Assembly: GCA_902628835.1 (NCBI GenBank)
Contig: CACOPD010000001.1
Coordinates: forward strand, 185,715-249,714
Origin: an uncultured Alphaproteobacteria bacterium
GTDB lineage: Bacteria; Pseudomonadota; Alphaproteobacteria; HIMB59; GCA-002718135
Direction: 5' to 3'
Length of the DNA stretch: 64,000 nt
The notes beneath the pieces were generated by a model. It was not told the origin of the DNA and searched no databases. It saw only the letters and a list, made by a program, of their open reading frames with translations. The stretch's first letter is position 1. Each line of letters begins with the position of its first letter. Shown here one piece after another: positions 21,112-30,620 of this stretch. Both the position numbers and the translations under genes were made by a program.

Positions 21112-21762
21112 GTGAAAAAAATAGAAAAGGCGCAAGAGGTCTCTAGAATACTCAATCGTATATATAGAAAGGTGCCTATTCCGCTAAAACACAAAAATAA
21201 ATTTGAATTAGTTGTGGCTGTTCTTCTTAGCGCACAATGTACAGATGAAAGAGTTAACCAAGTAACACCATCGCTTTTTAAAAAAGCAAACACAGCTATA
21301 AAGATGACAAAGGTACCAAAAAAAACAATTTATAATATTATTCGTCCATGTGGATTAGCACCTCAAAAATCTAAAGCAATATTTGAGCTATCAAGAATAC
21401 TTGTAAAAAAATTTAAAGGGAAAGTTCCAGAAAGTTTTGAGGAATTAGAAAAGTTACCAGGTGTTGGTCACAAAACTGCAAGTGTAGTGATGTCTCAAGG
21501 ATTTGGTCATCCAGCATTTCCAGTTGATACACACATTCATCGTTTATCTCAACGCTGGGGTTTAACAAATGGTAAAAATGTCGTTCAAACAGAAAAAGAT
21601 TTAAAAGATTTATTTCCAAAAAAATCTTGGAATAAACTTCATTTACAAATAATATTTTATGGAAGAGAATTTTGTCAGGCTAGAAGTTGTTTTGGTTTAG
21701 AATGTGAAATATGTAAAATTTGCAATCCAGGTAGAAAGACAAAAATAATAACAAAAAAGTAA
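21112..21762 (+). CDS. nth: Endonuclease III
   Basis: LSAQCTD, HhH LPGVGHKTA, PVDTH, C-terminal 4Fe-4S Cys cluster; GTG start. Confidence 0.95.
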   Translation: MKKIEKAQEVSRILNRIYRKVPIPLKHKNKFELVVAVLLSAQCTDERVNQVTPSLFKKANTAIKMTKVPKKTIYNIIRPCGLAPQKSKAIFELSRILVKKFKGKVPESFEELEKLPGVGHKTASVVMSQGFGHPAFPVDTHIHRLSQRWGLTNGKNVVQTEKDLKDLFPKKSWNKLHLQIIFYGREFCQARSCFGLECEICKICNPGRKTKIITKK

Positions 21763-22158
21763 CTATCTTAAACTTCTTGCAAATCTAAATGATTGAATAC
21801 AAAGAAATGTAAAAAAAGAACCTGTTAAAAGCATCATTAATTTTGATAAATCAGCCCAAAAAAGAACTAAAAAATTACCAGAAATAATACTTCTTAAAAC
21901 ATCAAGTCCGCCAATTGCAATTAATAGTCCAAAAAGAACTACTATGTGCATCAATAATTTTTTCTTTGATGGATATATTAAAGCAAGTATTGCAAAAAAT
22001 AAAACGGGCACACCAAGAAATGAAGGTATAAAGGATGTAATAGAGTTAGTTAAACTTAAAGAATTTGTAGTCAACCCCCAAATAATAAGAAATATTCCGT
22101 AGATTATAGAAATAGACTCCATATTTAGTCCAATAAATTTATATTCTTTTTGAGACAT
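21763..22158 (-). CDS. Hypothetical 4-TM membrane protein
   Basis: Hydrophobic segments, SITSFIPSFLG, MHIVV, CIQSFRFAR. Confidence 0.7.
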   Translation of the reverse strand: MSQKEYKFIGLNMESISIIYGIFLIIWGLTTNSLSLTNSITSFIPSFLGVPVLFFAILALIYPSKKKLLMHIVVLFGLLIAIGGLDVLRSIISGNFLVLFWADLSKLMMLLTGSFFTFLCIQSFRFARSLR

Positions 22159-22235
22159 AGTAATAAATTAGTTTTTAAATTTTATTTTTAAAGATTGTTT
22201 ACTATCTTTATATATAAATTTATTAAATTTTATAG

Positions 22236-22757
22236 ATGTCAAATACATTAATTATATACTCAACTACCGATGGGCAAACAGTTGCTATTTGTAATACTTT
22301 AGTAAAAAATTATAATACAGATCAAATTAAGATTTGTTCAATTGAAGATGCTTATAAAGAAAACCTCAATAAGTATGACAAGATTATTATTGGTGCAAGT
22401 ATTAGATATGGTAAGCATAATCCTAGGGTAATTGAGTTTGTTAAAAAAAATTTAGAAAGATTTAATAAGATTAAGACTGCATTTTTCTCAGTAAATGTGG
22501 TTGCAAGAAAAAAAAATAAAAACACTCCTGAAACCAACCCTTATGTTAAAAAATTTTTAAATAAGACTAAGTGGAAACCTACTAAATTAAATGTATTTGC
22601 TGGTAGAGTTGATTATCCGTCATATAGATTTTTAGATAAATATATTATTAGATTGATAATGTGGTTTACTAAGGGGCCAACTGATGTAACCAAAAGTTAT
22701 GAGTTTACTAATTGGGATGAAGTTGAAAAATTTGGCAGAATTATAAATGAAATGTAA
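22236..22757 (+). CDS. hemG: Flavodoxin-type protoporphyrinogen IX dehydrogenase
   Basis: YSTTDGQT, GASIRYG, FFSVNVVARK, NPY, FAG, EFTNW; inside the heme cluster. Confidence 0.92.
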   Translation: MSNTLIIYSTTDGQTVAICNTLVKNYNTDQIKICSIEDAYKENLNKYDKIIIGASIRYGKHNPRVIEFVKKNLERFNKIKTAFFSVNVVARKKNKNTPETNPYVKKFLNKTKWKPTKLNVFAGRVDYPSYRFLDKYIIRLIMWFTKGPTDVTKSYEFTNWDEVEKFGRIINEM

Positions 22758-22758
22758 A

Positions 22759-23568
22759 TTAATCCCAATTAGCTACTGGAGGCATAGACATAAGTATGGC
22801 ATCAATATTGCCTCCTGTCTCTAATCCAAATTTAGTACCTCTATCATATAATAGATTAAACTCAGCATAGCGACCACGCTTAATTAATTGTAACTTTTTT
22901 TCTTCTTCACTCCACTCGTCATCCTTAAGAGCAGTTAAAGTAGTTTTAATAAATTTATGAAAATAATTACCTACTTCTTGGACAAATTCGAAATCTTTTC
23001 CCCAATCACCAGTTTGAAGGTAGTCAAAAAATATTCCCCCAGCACCCCTTGGTTCATTTCTGTGTTTAAGAAAAAAATAGTCATCACACCATTTTTTAAA
23101 TTTGGGATAATAAGATTTATCATATTTATTACATAATACTTCTAAACCATGATGATATTTTTTCTCATTCTCAAATATTAAACAAGGTGTAATATCCATA
23201 CCTCCACCAAACCATTCCTGAGTGGTTTTAATAAATCTTGTATTAAAATGCATAGAAGGAATTTTTGGTGAAACAGGATGTAATACAATACTGATTCCAG
23301 TTGCATTATAACTTGGATCTTCTTTGGCACCTGGAATAGCTTCTCTCATTTTTTCATTAAATGTCCCTGCAACAGTAGATATGTTTACTCCACCTTTTTC
23401 AATGATATTACCTTTAATTTTACTCATTTTACCACCACCATCACTTTTGTGATCCCAGTTACTTATTTCAAATTTTTTTTCATCAATGTTTTGTATAGTT
23501 TCAACCAAATTATCTCGTAATTTTTCAAACCATTCTTTTGCAGTATTAAATTTTGGATCTGAAATCAT
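22759..23568 (-). CDS. hemF: Oxygen-dependent coproporphyrinogen III oxidase
   Basis: EKGGVNIS, HFNTRF, WFGGGMD, RGRYAEFNLLYDRGTKFGL. Confidence 0.97.
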   Translation of the reverse strand: MISDPKFNTAKEWFEKLRDNLVETIQNIDEKKFEISNWDHKSDGGGKMSKIKGNIIEKGGVNISTVAGTFNEKMREAIPGAKEDPSYNATGISIVLHPVSPKIPSMHFNTRFIKTTQEWFGGGMDITPCLIFENEKKYHHGLEVLCNKYDKSYYPKFKKWCDDYFFLKHRNEPRGAGGIFFDYLQTGDWGKDFEFVQEVGNYFHKFIKTTLTALKDDEWSEEEKKLQLIKRGRYAEFNLLYDRGTKFGLETGGNIDAILMSMPPVANWD

Positions 23569-24590
23569 AGTGGCCAACCTTGAATATGTTTTTTTATAAG
23601 GTTAACAAAAACGTTTATATGATCGTCATGATCATTCAAACAAGGTATATAATGGTAATTTTCTCCACCTGATTCCATAAAATATTCTTTATTTTCTTCC
23701 TCAAGCTCCTCTAGTGTTTCAAGACAATCACTACTGAAGCCTGGTGATATGATATGTATATTTTTAATTCCTTGCTTTGGTAATTCTTTTAAAGTCTCAC
23801 TAGTATATGGCTTTAGCCATTCTGCTTTACCAAATCTACTTTGGAAAGTTGTCATGATCTCATCATCTGATAATCCCAAATGCTCTTTAACTAATCTTGT
23901 AGTTTTAAGGCAAAAGCAATGATATGGATCACCATTAGTCAAATATCTTTTTGGTATACCATGGTAACTAAAAATAATTTTTTGTGGTTTTTTATTTTTT
24001 TTCCAAAATGATTTTATAGAATTTGATAATGCTTCTATATAATTTTTTTCTTCAAAATATTGATTGATAAAACGCATTTCAGGTATCCAACGCCATTTTT
24101 GCAAAACATTAGTTACCTCATCAAATGTACTACCTGTTGTTGCAGCACAATATTGTGGATACATAGGCAAGACTAATAATCTTCTTATTTGTTTTTTTTG
24201 AAGTTTAAATAAAGCATCTGGAATAGATGGATTGCCGTAACGCATGCCAACTTCAAAAACTATGTTTTCATTTTTAGATGAAAAAGATGATTGAATTTTA
24301 TTTAATTGTCTATTTGCTATATCTAAAAGTGGAGAACCTTTATCGGTCCAAATTTGTTTATATGCTTCTGCTGATTTAGAGGGTCTTATTTGCAAAATTA
24401 CTAGTTTCAATAAAATTTGCCATAGGATTTTAGGTAATTCAATTACTCTTGGATCTGATAAAAATTGATTAAGATAAACTTTTAATTCTTCTTTATTTGG
24501 AGCATCTGGGGTGCCAAGATTAGTAATTAAAACACCAATTTTTTCTTTACTACCGTGCTCATAATTTTTTTCACCTATATATTTAACCAT
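23565..24590 (-). CDS. hemH: Ferrochelatase
   Basis: NLGTP, MRYGNP, FSYHGIP, FQSRFG, DCLETLEE. Confidence 0.97.
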   Translation of the reverse strand: MVKYIGEKNYEHGSKEKIGVLITNLGTPDAPNKEELKVYLNQFLSDPRVIELPKILWQILLKLVILQIRPSKSAEAYKQIWTDKGSPLLDIANRQLNKIQSSFSSKNENIVFEVGMRYGNPSIPDALFKLQKKQIRRLLVLPMYPQYCAATTGSTFDEVTNVLQKWRWIPEMRFINQYFEEKNYIEALSNSIKSFWKKNKKPQKIIFSYHGIPKRYLTNGDPYHCFCLKTTRLVKEHLGLSDDEIMTTFQSRFGKAEWLKPYTSETLKELPKQGIKNIHIISPGFSSDCLETLEELEEENKEYFMESGGENYHYIPCLNDHDDHINVFVNLIKKHIQGWPL

Positions 24591-24595
24591 ATCTA

Positions 24596-25594
24596 TTAGC
24601 TAAATTCTTTTCTGATATTTTCTATAAATAAATGAACATTTTTTTCTGGAGTATTTTTATTAATTCCATGTCCAAGGCCACAAATCCAGCCATTAAGATT
24701 TTCAATGGATTTCATTTTTTCAATAAAATCTTTTAAATCATTTAAAAATATATCTGTTTCACTTAACATTAATTGTTCATTGAAATTTCCTTGAATAAAA
24801 CCATGTTTTTGATTTTCAAACATAGATGTTAGATCTATTGTGTGATCATAGCCAAAACCAGCAAAGGGGAAATTGTTAATAGAATTTAGATCTGAAAAAC
24901 TCTTACCTCTTGAATAATAGCCAACTTTATTTGGAAAAGAAATTGCAATTTCTTCTAAAAACTTTGAATAAATTTCATGAAAATTTATTTCATCTAAATC
25001 ATGCAAGGAACTATCAAAAACCATAACTAGTTCAACACCTGCATCCAATTGTAATTGAATATTTTTCTTTAAAAGAGGTAAAAGAATTTTTGAAATAAAT
25101 TCTAAATTCATTTTAGTGTCAATTAAATCAGAGTTATTATTTCCAAAGGCATATTTTGATAATGTCCAAGGTCCACCTACAAATCCAATTAAACTTTTAT
25201 TATTTGGCAATTTCTCTTTTGTTATTTTTATAGCTTCAAACTGAAATTGCATATGCTCAATTCCACGATCAATATTATTATAATCATTAATGTTTTCTGA
25301 ATTTATATAAGAATTAAATTTTGGTCCCGGGTCAAACTTTAATTCTAAACCAAGTCCCTCTAATACAAATAAAATATCGCTAAACAAAATTGCAATATCA
25401 TAGTCAAATTCTTGTATAGGACCAAAAGCAACTTCTGCAGCTAGATCCGGAGTTTTACATAATTCTTCAAAAGTATATTTTTCTTTGAGTTTACGATAAT
25501 GCAAATGGTACCTTCCAGCCTGTCTCATAAACCAAATAGGTGGCGTTTTTTGAACATTTCTTTTAAGCGCGTTTTGAAATAAAATATTTGTCAT
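24596..25594 (-). CDS. hemE: Uroporphyrinogen decarboxylase
   Basis: PIWFMRQAGRY, AILFSDIL, GFVGGPWT, GLGHG. Confidence 0.96.
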   Translation of the reverse strand: MTNILFQNALKRNVQKTPPIWFMRQAGRYHLHYRKLKEKYTFEELCKTPDLAAEVAFGPIQEFDYDIAILFSDILFVLEGLGLELKFDPGPKFNSYINSENINDYNNIDRGIEHMQFQFEAIKITKEKLPNNKSLIGFVGGPWTLSKYAFGNNNSDLIDTKMNLEFISKILLPLLKKNIQLQLDAGVELVMVFDSSLHDLDEINFHEIYSKFLEEIAISFPNKVGYYSRGKSFSDLNSINNFPFAGFGYDHTIDLTSMFENQKHGFIQGNFNEQLMLSETDIFLNDLKDFIEKMKSIENLNGWICGLGHGINKNTPEKNVHLFIENIRKEFS

Positions 25595-25596
25595 TT

Positions 25597-27105
25597 TTAG
25601 GCTTTTAGTAATTTTTTTTTCCAACTATCATAAGATAGCTCAACAAAAAGATTTTTATCATCACCTAATATTTTATAAATTTCATTGTATGTATTTCCTG
25701 GGCCACAAAAGTGATATTTTTCTTTAATTATAGGATATTTATCTATACTCGCTTTAAAAGCAGAGCTGCTCATCCAATAAAAATACTTTTTCTTTTCTAT
25801 ATCTATTTCAAAATCAATAGGTTTTAATTGATAGGTTTCAATTTTATTTTTTATAGAACTTTCAGGTGATTGCTTATGAGTTAATTTTACCCAAGGATTA
25901 TTTGTGAGTGAATTAATATTGTTTTCGAAATCTTCACCAAGACTATCTGAAGTACCATTAACCCAAATACCTCTTTCTGCTAAATTTTTCCATGTTCTCA
26001 AACCACTAGTCCAAATAATATTGTTCGAATTAATTTCAGACTCATCTGGGATTGAACTTATACGTGAGACATAAATACATTTATTTTGTAAATTATTTAT
26101 ATCAGAAATATTTTTATTTAATTCTCTTCTTGAAAATATTTTATAATTTTTTAAGTCTTCAGGATATAATTCATCTATTCCACTAGGTGAAATTATTTTA
26201 TGTTTTGGCTCAATTAAATCATAGCTTTCAAAATGATTTCCACTTTCATCTTCACCTCTTTTTGACACAACTAATCCTAATTTATGTGAGATGTAAGATA
26301 CACCTATTTTTTGATGACATCCTCCACCATAATTTTTTAAAATACTTCTTTCTTCAATAACATTAGAATAATCTTTAGAAACATTAATATCATTTAAAAT
26401 CTCATTAAGTTCATTATCTTTAATTCTTGTTTCAATTGCAAGAGCACCTTGGCCAGGAGAACAAGGGTTTATAGATAATGGTAAAATAGACCATAAGCAT
26501 TCATTAATATATTTTTTTAAAGTTGTTTTTAATTCATTGAATTCAGAATAATTATTTAAAAGCAATCTATCAATTGCTGCTTTAGCAACAATAAAACCAT
26601 CACTATCAGAATTTTCCAAAAATTTTTTAAATCTTGTCGGTATGTTACCCCTTATATTTTCAAAACTAATTTCATCAAACTTTTGTGGAAGATAATTTTC
26701 AATAAAATTTTCTAAATTATATTGTCTTCTAGGTGATGAGCAAAGAATAGTAATTCTCTTACTATCCATTTTTTTATTTTTTTTTAAGAATAATATATCT
26801 CGTTTATCAGCTCGTTTTAATGTTGCAGCTATTTTAGTTTTATCACCAACCTCAATTGGAAGATCTTTCCAAGAGTGCACAATTAAATCACATTTATTAT
26901 TTATTAATTCATCCCTTAAATCATTAGTAAAAACTCCTTCAGTTGGCATTTCAGAAAGAGGGGTTTTTAGATCTTTATCTCCAGAGGTACTTCTTGTTAA
27001 AAATTCTATTTCTACAAATGGATGTTTTGATACTAAGTAGTCAGAAAACTCACGTGCTTGAATAATTGCTAAGTCACTTTTTCTCGATAAAACTCTTATT
27101 TTCAT
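25597..27105 (-). CDS. hemC: Hydroxymethylbilane synthase with a C-terminal HemD-like extension
   Basis: RKSDLA..Q, VHSWKDLP, SSPRR, IRGNIPTR, PGQGALA, GGGC cofactor Cys; about 200 extra C-terminal residues. Confidence 0.88.
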   Translation of the reverse strand: MKIRVLSRKSDLAIIQAREFSDYLVSKHPFVEIEFLTRSTSGDKDLKTPLSEMPTEGVFTNDLRDELINNKCDLIVHSWKDLPIEVGDKTKIAATLKRADKRDILFLKKNKKMDSKRITILCSSPRRQYNLENFIENYLPQKFDEISFENIRGNIPTRFKKFLENSDSDGFIVAKAAIDRLLLNNYSEFNELKTTLKKYINECLWSILPLSINPCSPGQGALAIETRIKDNELNEILNDINVSKDYSNVIEERSILKNYGGGCHQKIGVSYISHKLGLVVSKRGEDESGNHFESYDLIEPKHKIISPSGIDELYPEDLKNYKIFSRRELNKNISDINNLQNKCIYVSRISSIPDESEINSNNIIWTSGLRTWKNLAERGIWVNGTSDSLGEDFENNINSLTNNPWVKLTHKQSPESSIKNKIETYQLKPIDFEIDIEKKKYFYWMSSSAFKASIDKYPIIKEKYHFCGPGNTYNEIYKILGDDKNLFVELSYDSWKKKLLKA

Positions 27106-27147
27106 GGATTATATTTATTTAGATAGCACTATATAATAAAATTAGTA

Positions 27148-27711
27148 ATGGTTGAATTTAAAGGTACAAAATCTTCTTGGGGCTTAGTTGCAAAGCTTTT
27201 TCATTGGTCATTAGCACTTCTTCTTTTTTGGCAAGTTGCAACAGGGATTAGCCTTCATAATATGGAATTTTCTCCTCTAAAAATGGGTTTTATTATTACA
27301 CATAAATTTTTTGGCACATTGGTCTTTAGTTTGGTTGTGCTTAGATTAATGTGGAAATACATATTTAATACTCATCCAAAATATGAAAATATTCCATTAT
27401 TTCATAAATTGGTTTCGAATTTAGTCCATTTTACACTTTATGGTTTAGTTATTTTTATTCCTATACAGGGTACTTATATGACGTGGTTAGAAGGAAGTGA
27501 TGTTTATCTCTTGGGATTAATAAAAATACCTCCTTTAATTGAGGAGAATTTTTTTCTATATCCTCAAGCTCTAACAATACATTACTATTCAGCAATTGTT
27601 CTAACAATTCTTTTTTCACTTCATATAGGGGCAGCATTATACCATCGATTTATGATTAAAGATAAATATGGTGTCTGGAAAAGAATGGCTTTTAGTAGAA
27701 GTAAGGTGTGA
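27148..27711 (+). CDS. Cytochrome b561 family protein
   Basis: FHW, HKFFG, VHFTLY, HIGAALYH heme-ligating His pattern. Confidence 0.9.
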   Translation: MVEFKGTKSSWGLVAKLFHWSLALLLFWQVATGISLHNMEFSPLKMGFIITHKFFGTLVFSLVVLRLMWKYIFNTHPKYENIPLFHKLVSNLVHFTLYGLVIFIPIQGTYMTWLEGSDVYLLGLIKIPPLIEENFFLYPQALTIHYYSAIVLTILFSLHIGAALYHRFMIKDKYGVWKRMAFSRSKV

Positions 27712-27766
27712 CAATTCATTCAATTAAACACTTACAATTAAACATAGGGTAAGATATCTAACAAAT

Positions 27767-29002
27767 ATGCAATATAAAAACTTCTTTAAAACTGAATTAA
27801 AAAATCTGAAAGAACAAGGACTTTATAGAGATTTTAGAAATATAGATAGACCTATAAAAAGCTTTCCAAATGCAGATGAAAGTTTCAGAAATAAAGAAAG
27901 AGAAGTTGAGGTTTGGTGCTCAAATGACTATTTAAATATGAGTCAACATCCAGAAGTTGTAAATGAAATAGTAAAAACACTGCTTGAGTATGGATCTGGT
28001 TCAGGTGGAACAAGAAATATTTCAGGTACATCAACTTATCACACTGAACTTGAAAAGAAGCTCGCAAATGTTCATAACAAAGAAGCGGCATTAGTTTTTG
28101 CTTCTGCATATACTGCAAACCAATCAACATTATGGACTCTTGGAAAAAAAATTAAAGATATTGAAATATTTTCTGATGAATTAAATCATGCATCTTTAAT
28201 ACAGGGTATTAAAAACAGTGGAGCTAAGTGTCATATATTTAAACACAATGACATTGATCATTTAGAGCAGTTAATAAAAGAAGCAAATCCGGATAATCCT
28301 AAATTAATAGTTTTTGAAAGTTTATACTCTATGGAAGGTATAAGATCACCAATAATTAAAATAGTAGAATTGGCCAAAAAATATAACTGTATGACATATT
28401 TAGACGAAGTTCATTCAGTTGGACTTTACGGCGAAGAAGGTAAAGGTATTGCAGTAGAAATGGGTGTTGAAGATAAAATAGATATTATCAATGGAACTTT
28501 AGCTAAAGCATATGGTCAAATGGGTGGCTATATTGCAGCTAGTTCAGAAATTATTGATTATATTAGAAGTTTTGCACCAGGTTTTATTTTTACAACATCT
28601 ATTTGTCCATCAATTGCTGCTGGAGCAGCAAAAGCAATAGATATTGTATCCCTAGCAGAGCAACTAAGGATAAGAATAAAAGAAAATGCATCTTTAATAA
28701 GAGAAAAATTAGACTCTCTCGCAATTCCTTATTTAGATACAAATTCTCATATTGTAGCAGTATTAATTAATGATCCTTTTCTATGTAAGAAAGTATCTAA
28801 AGATCTAATTGATGATCACGGTATTTATGCACAACCAATTTTTTATCCAACCGTACCTAAAGGTTTAGAAAGACTAAGAATAACTGTAACTCCAAAACAT
28901 AGAAAAGAACATATCGAAAAAATGATTAAGGCTCTTGATACGGTATGGTCTAAAAATAGTTTACCAAGAAAAAATATTAATAGGGTTACTGTTAATATTT
29001 AG
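27767..29002 (+). CDS. hemA: 5-aminolevulinate synthase (Shemin pathway)
   Basis: [37 protein letters not shown]. Confidence 0.97.
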   Translation: MQYKNFFKTELKNLKEQGLYRDFRNIDRPIKSFPNADESFRNKEREVEVWCSNDYLNMSQHPEVVNEIVKTLLEYGSGSGGTRNISGTSTYHTELEKKLANVHNKEAALVFASAYTANQSTLWTLGKKIKDIEIFSDELNHASLIQGIKNSGAKCHIFKHNDIDHLEQLIKEANPDNPKLIVFESLYSMEGIRSPIIKIVELAKKYNCMTYLDEVHSVGLYGEEGKGIAVEMGVEDKIDIINGTLAKAYGQMGGYIAASSEIIDYIRSFAPGFIFTTSICPSIAAGAAKAIDIVSLAEQLRIRIKENASLIREKLDSLAIPYLDTNSHIVAVLINDPFLCKKVSKDLIDDHGIYAQPIFYPTVPKGLERLRITVTPKHRKEHIEKMIKALDTVWSKNSLPRKNINRVTVNI

Positions 29003-29901
29003 GTTTTAATATTCATATCAATCTGTCTTGCAGCAAAACCATAATAAACGACTGCTAACGTTATTATAAAACCTCCAATAATTACTGTGGTACTTGGTAC
29101 CTCATTAATCCCAAAAATAGGAAGCCATACCCAAAGAACTCCTCCAACGACTTCCATTAAAGATAAAAGTGCGAGCTCAGCTGAAGGTAAATATTTTGCA
29201 CCAAGGCTATAAAGTATCAAACCAGTTGCAACTATTAATCCATGAAGTATGCTTAAATAACTATTTATTTCAGGCATTAATATAAAAGGCTCAAAAGAAA
29301 ACCCTAAGACAAAGAAAGCAAATATTGTACAAAATAATCCAGCTAAAACAACTGTTGTGAACTTGGGAGTTTCAGGTTTCCATCTGATTGTTACAGTATA
29401 TAGAGCAAAACCAGTTGCAGATATGAATCCTATAATTGCACCTAAGGCTGTTCCTGAAATACTATCATTTATAATCATTATGCAAACACCAATAAATGCA
29501 ACAACCATTGCAATTAATGTTGATTTTTTAAGTATTTCGCCAAGAACAAAATAGCCCACAATAGCTGCAATAAAAGGCATAGCTGCTAACATAAATAATG
29601 TAACAGCAGCACTTGTCATAGTAATAGAAAAGATAAATCCTGTAAATGCTGTAGCTAAGAATAATCCTCCAAGAATAGAAGATGTTCCTATTTTGAGAAA
29701 ATTTTTGTAAAATGCAAAACCTTCACGAAAAAATAAATATAGTAGAAGTATAATAGATATTGTTAAACCTCTATAAAACAAATATTGAAAAACATATTGA
29801 TGACCATCAACCATGTATCTAACTGTTAATGCTCCAAAACTCCAAAATATTCCAGCAAGAAAAACTAAACAAAAAGCATATAGATAAGAATTTTGACTCA
29901 T
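28999..29901 (-). CDS. DMT/EamA family transporter
   Basis: About 10 TM segments in two EamA repeats. Confidence 0.85.
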   Translation of the reverse strand: MSQNSYLYAFCLVFLAGIFWSFGALTVRYMVDGHQYVFQYLFYRGLTISIILLLYLFFREGFAFYKNFLKIGTSSILGGLFLATAFTGFIFSITMTSAAVTLFMLAAMPFIAAIVGYFVLGEILKKSTLIAMVVAFIGVCIMIINDSISGTALGAIIGFISATGFALYTVTIRWKPETPKFTTVVLAGLFCTIFAFFVLGFSFEPFILMPEINSYLSILHGLIVATGLILYSLGAKYLPSAELALLSLMEVVGGVLWVWLPIFGINEVPSTTVIIGGFIITLAVVYYGFAARQIDMNIKT

Positions 29902-29947
29902 TGTTTAAAGGTCAAACCATTAAATTTAATAAAAGTAAATTAGTATT

Positions 29948-30109
29948 TTAATTATTTACCTTAATACCTACTTCATTACTTCCTGAAATCTTAAAATTAA
30001 CTTTGTTATCATCATTTTTTTGCATTTCAGATACAGATGACATTTTACAACTTATAACAAAAAAGAATAATAAAATTATTGGCAAATACCTATAGACCCA
30101 AGAGCACAT
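29948..30109 (-). CDS. Putative small lipoprotein (53 aa), below the ORF-track cutoff
   Basis: Manual translation MCSWVYRYLPIILLFFFVISCKMSSVSEMQKNDDNKVNFKISGSNEVGIKVNN*; hydrophobic core then lipobox-like VIS-C. Confidence 0.5.
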   Translation of the reverse strand: MCSWVYRYLPIILLFFFVISCKMSSVSEMQKNDDNKVNFKISGSNEVGIKVNN

Positions 30110-30579
30110 TTTTTTCCATCTACCCAAATAGCATTTGACAAATTTGCTTCATCAAAAATTGCACCGGAAATATTAGCACCAAGTAGATTGGCCTCATATA
30201 AGTTTGCACCTTTAAAAGTAGCTCCAAAAAGATTAGATCCTTCAAGATTTACTTTTGCAAGATTCGCATTGTCAAAATTAGCATTATTACAATTTGCACC
30301 CTGCAAATTAGAAGAGTATAAATTCGAATTACTAAAATTTGAGAAGATAAAATTACCAATAGATAGATTTGAGTTATTAAGCTGAGATTTTTCAAAATTA
30401 GATAAAGATAAATTAACTCCTGACATTTGAGCATTTACCAAGCCAGTCCCAGATAGATCTAAATTTTCTACAAAATTACAATTGGTCCAATCCACTTCAT
30501 TTGCTGGTTGATCACTACAAGCAGCAAGTACAGAATACGAACTAGAAATAATTAAAATAAATAAAAATAAAAATCTCAT
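30076..30579 (-). CDS. Exported pentapeptide-repeat protein
   Basis: Signal peptide followed by A(N/D)Lxx repeats and terminal Cys pairs. Confidence 0.92.
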   Translation of the reverse strand: MRFLFLFILIISSSYSVLAACSDQPANEVDWTNCNFVENLDLSGTGLVNAQMSGVNLSLSNFEKSQLNNSNLSIGNFIFSNFSNSNLYSSNLQGANCNNANFDNANLAKVNLEGSNLFGATFKGANLYEANLLGANISGAIFDEANLSNAIWVDGKKCALGSIGICQ

Positions 30580-30620
30580 ATATATTTTTTATGATGAGTT
30601 TATGTTTAATTTAAGGCAAA

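Noticed and set aside
30076-30579. Qnr/MfpA-type quinolone resistance protein
   Set aside because: It has a signal peptide and terminal Cys pairs, indicating an exported pentapeptide protein rather than a gyrase protector
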